Origin: Patescibacteria group bacterium
GTDB lineage: Bacteria; Patescibacteriota; Minisyncoccia; Phycocordibacterales; JACZSL01
Reading direction: 5' to 3'
Assembly (NCBI GenBank): GCA_022561335.1
Contig: JADFRL010000001.1
Coordinates: 1 to 59,847 of the forward strand
Length of the DNA stretch: 59,847 bases
Shown piece by piece: positions 58,020 to 59,847 of this stretch. The translations under genes and the position numbers were made by a program. The stretch's first letter is position 1. Each line of letters opens with the position of its first letter. The notes under the pieces were generated by a model, which saw only the letters and a list, made by a program, of their open reading frames with translations, made no database searches and had not been told where the DNA came from.

Positions 58020-58820
58020 TTATAAGGTAATGAGCGAAATAATATCTATATCGAAGAAAAACACTATGAAAAAGCCTAGTATGAGAAACGGGGCAAAAGG
58101 CATTTCACTCTTAATTGTAAACACTTTGCGCGTTCCGGACAATTGATATCTTGTACGTATATATGAAAGAGCTAAGAGAAAGACACTTACAGCTGCGCCG
58201 ATCCAAAATGCAAACATGATGGCTGACAGCCCGCCTGCAATACCAAAAAACCACCCTATACCAAGGGCTAATTTCCCGTCACCAAGTCCCATCCATGCTC
58301 CGCTCGAGACAAACCACAAAAAGTAAAACGGTAAAAAAAGCAGCGGACCCGAGGCAAGCACGGAAAATGCGGGTATGTGCACTTGGAGCGTGCCCGGTTC
58401 TACCACCGTAGAGAAGAGTGCTAAAAGTATAAAGGCATATACAAGGCCGTTAGGTATTATTTTATGACGCATATCATAAACAAGGATTGCCACAAGCAGA
58501 CTTGCGATAATTAGCATATAAAAGGTATAGGGCACAGATAACTGTTTAAGAAAAATAGAGACATACAGCAATCCCGTCAATGCTTCAACAAGAGGATATT
58601 GGGGTGAGATGCTGCTCCCACACGTTCTACAGCGCCCCCTGTATAGAAAAAACGACAGCAGAGGAATGAGTTCAAACCATGACAGTTTCTCCCCGCATGA
58701 CAGGCATGCTGACCTCCCTCGAATCGAGAGACCTGTGTTGTATCTGAGCACTACGACATTTAAAAAACTTCCCGCAATGGCACCAAAGGTAAAATAAAAT
58801 ATACCCAGCAAAAAAACCAT
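58020..58820 (-). CDS. pilD: Prepilin peptidase (A24)
   Basis: GSFLNVV, RSAC..C, GRCRTC, YDMRH, MGLGDGKL and PFAPFL. Confidence 0.95.
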   Translation of the reverse strand: MVFLLGIFYFTFGAIAGSFLNVVVLRYNTGLSIRGRSACLSCGEKLSWFELIPLLSFFLYRGRCRTCGSSISPQYPLVEALTGLLYVSIFLKQLSVPYTFYMLIIASLLVAILVYDMRHKIIPNGLVYAFILLALFSTVVEPGTLQVHIPAFSVLASGPLLFLPFYFLWFVSSGAWMGLGDGKLALGIGWFFGIAGGLSAIMFAFWIGAAVSVFLLALSYIRTRYQLSGTRKVFTIKSEMPFAPFLILGFFIVFFFDIDIISLITL

Positions 58821-58915
58821 ACCTCATTATGGCATTTTTTAGGTCAAAATATAGGGTCAGTCCCCACAGGACAAGCACCGAATCCACTTGAGAGGATTGT
58901 GTACCAAGCGCCTAA

Positions 58916-58946
58916 AAACAAACCCCTTGTTTGGAGGGGTTTGTTT
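58916..58946 (-). terminator. Intrinsic terminator after the major pilin gene
   Basis: AAACAAACCCCT-loop-AGGGGTTTGTTT. Confidence 0.75.
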
Positions 58947-58980
58947 AATGCACTTTATATCGCTAACCATCACACACTCG

Positions 58981-59469
58981 TTACGGAGTAAGGTCATAGA
59001 CAGGATCAGCTCCTGATACAAATCCGTCACTTCCAGTACATAGTGGAGTTGGTGCCACTGTCGTGTCCGCATCAGATCCAAGAACAGTGTGACCGCCATC
59101 TTCCATCGTCGCTCCAAGATGGTAATCGAGACATACTGCAGCTGCGGCACTGCCCACTGCATAGTAATAGAAGACAACGTCAGTTACAGGATCAGTAGGC
59201 ATTGGAGATAGAAAATCACCTAAACTCGTACCACCGGAGCATCCGACTGCTGTCGCTGTTGTAAGAGTATTGGGATATTGTCCACAAGAATCAAAATAGA
59301 GCTCAAGAGCAAGTTGAATTTGAGCAATATCAGAAACACGGCGTGCATCTCGAGATTTCTGCCGCGCGCTATTCAAGCTTGCAAGCACAACAGACGATAA
59401 AATACCAATAATGGCGATAACCACCAACAATTCAATAAGTGTAAAACCTTTTTTACTATTAATGTTCAT
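58981..59469 (-). CDS. Major type IV pilin (PilA/GspG-like)
   Basis: KGFTLIELLVVIAIIGILSSVVLASLNSARQKSRDARR; has its own promoter and terminator. Confidence 0.92.
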   Translation of the reverse strand: MNINSKKGFTLIELLVVIAIIGILSSVVLASLNSARQKSRDARRVSDIAQIQLALELYFDSCGQYPNTLTTATAVGCSGGTSLGDFLSPMPTDPVTDVVFYYYAVGSAAAAVCLDYHLGATMEDGGHTVLGSDADTTVAPTPLCTGSDGFVSGADPVYDLTP

Positions 59470-59616
59470 ACTAATTATAATTACTATTATATAATGTCGA
59501 CCGCTCTCAGCTCTTATAAATCCCGCTAAGTAGTGGTAATAGCGTTCTTGCCTTCATTATACTCTCTCAAGAATATGGCTAAACTGCGTTATGTGGATAA
59601 CTTCTACTAATGACTG

Positions 59617-59847
59617 CTAAAAAGAACCGGCTATATTGTAAATGGGAATCAACACTGAAGCCAAGAGAGTGCCAACTCCGAGTCCCAGAACTACAATCAT
59701 AATGGGCTCAATCAAATCAACAAGTGTATCAACGGCATTATTGACTTCCCGCCTGTAGAACTTTGCAAGTGTCCTTAGGATTTTGCTGAGCTCGCCCGTT
59801 TCCTCCCCCACTTTCATCATCTGAACCATGATTCCCGGAATTTGTTT
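59617..59847 (-). CDS. pilC: PilC/GspF platform protein, C-terminal part (truncated by the window)
   Basis: MMKVGEETGEL and LIEPIMIVVLG...PIYN. Confidence 0.9.
   Translation of the reverse strand, partial: KQIPGIMVQMMKVGEETGELSKILRTLAKFYRREVNNAVDTLVDLIEPIMIVVLGLGVGTLLASVLIPIYNIAGSF

Noticed and set aside
358..59177. Many 60-165-aa ORFs antisense to or nested within long genes
   Set aside because: Shadow frames with no independent motif or start signals.
1..59847. Alternative genetic code (TGA as Gly) or a prophage
   Set aside because: Core genes are full length under code 11, and no phage structural, terminase or integrase genes were seen.

Overview
About 60 kb of a small-genome bacterium using genetic code 11, most likely Patescibacteria (CPR, Parcubacteria-like); this is inferred from gene content and motifs. 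The backbone carries rnj, mutY, nth, tag, a MacAB-like ABC system, pyrG, ftsEX, prfB, purN, gatAC, ligA, a native type IV pilus cluster with pilD, and six tRNAs. Several accessory blocks are bounded by duplicated tRNA 3' ends or direct repeats, and no integrase gene is visible in the window. Main findings: (1) a ~140-nt structured element with compensatory stem changes is fused to duplicated 3' ends of different tRNAs (Asp x2, Gln, and one diverged copy) and separates cargo genes like a cassette array; (2) a 338-bp GIY-YIG mini-cassette sits between 84-bp repeats at tRNA-Gln; (3) an ~11-kb second type IV pilus plus two-component island is integrated in the initiator tRNA-Met; (4) three neighbouring transcription units share a DnaA-box-like nonamer at an identical distance from the -10, and two of them look like structured non-coding RNAs; (5) a membrane protein has three SH3b-like repeats and a HEPN-like RxxxxH domain. 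All calls are by eye; no database searches or folding programs were run.
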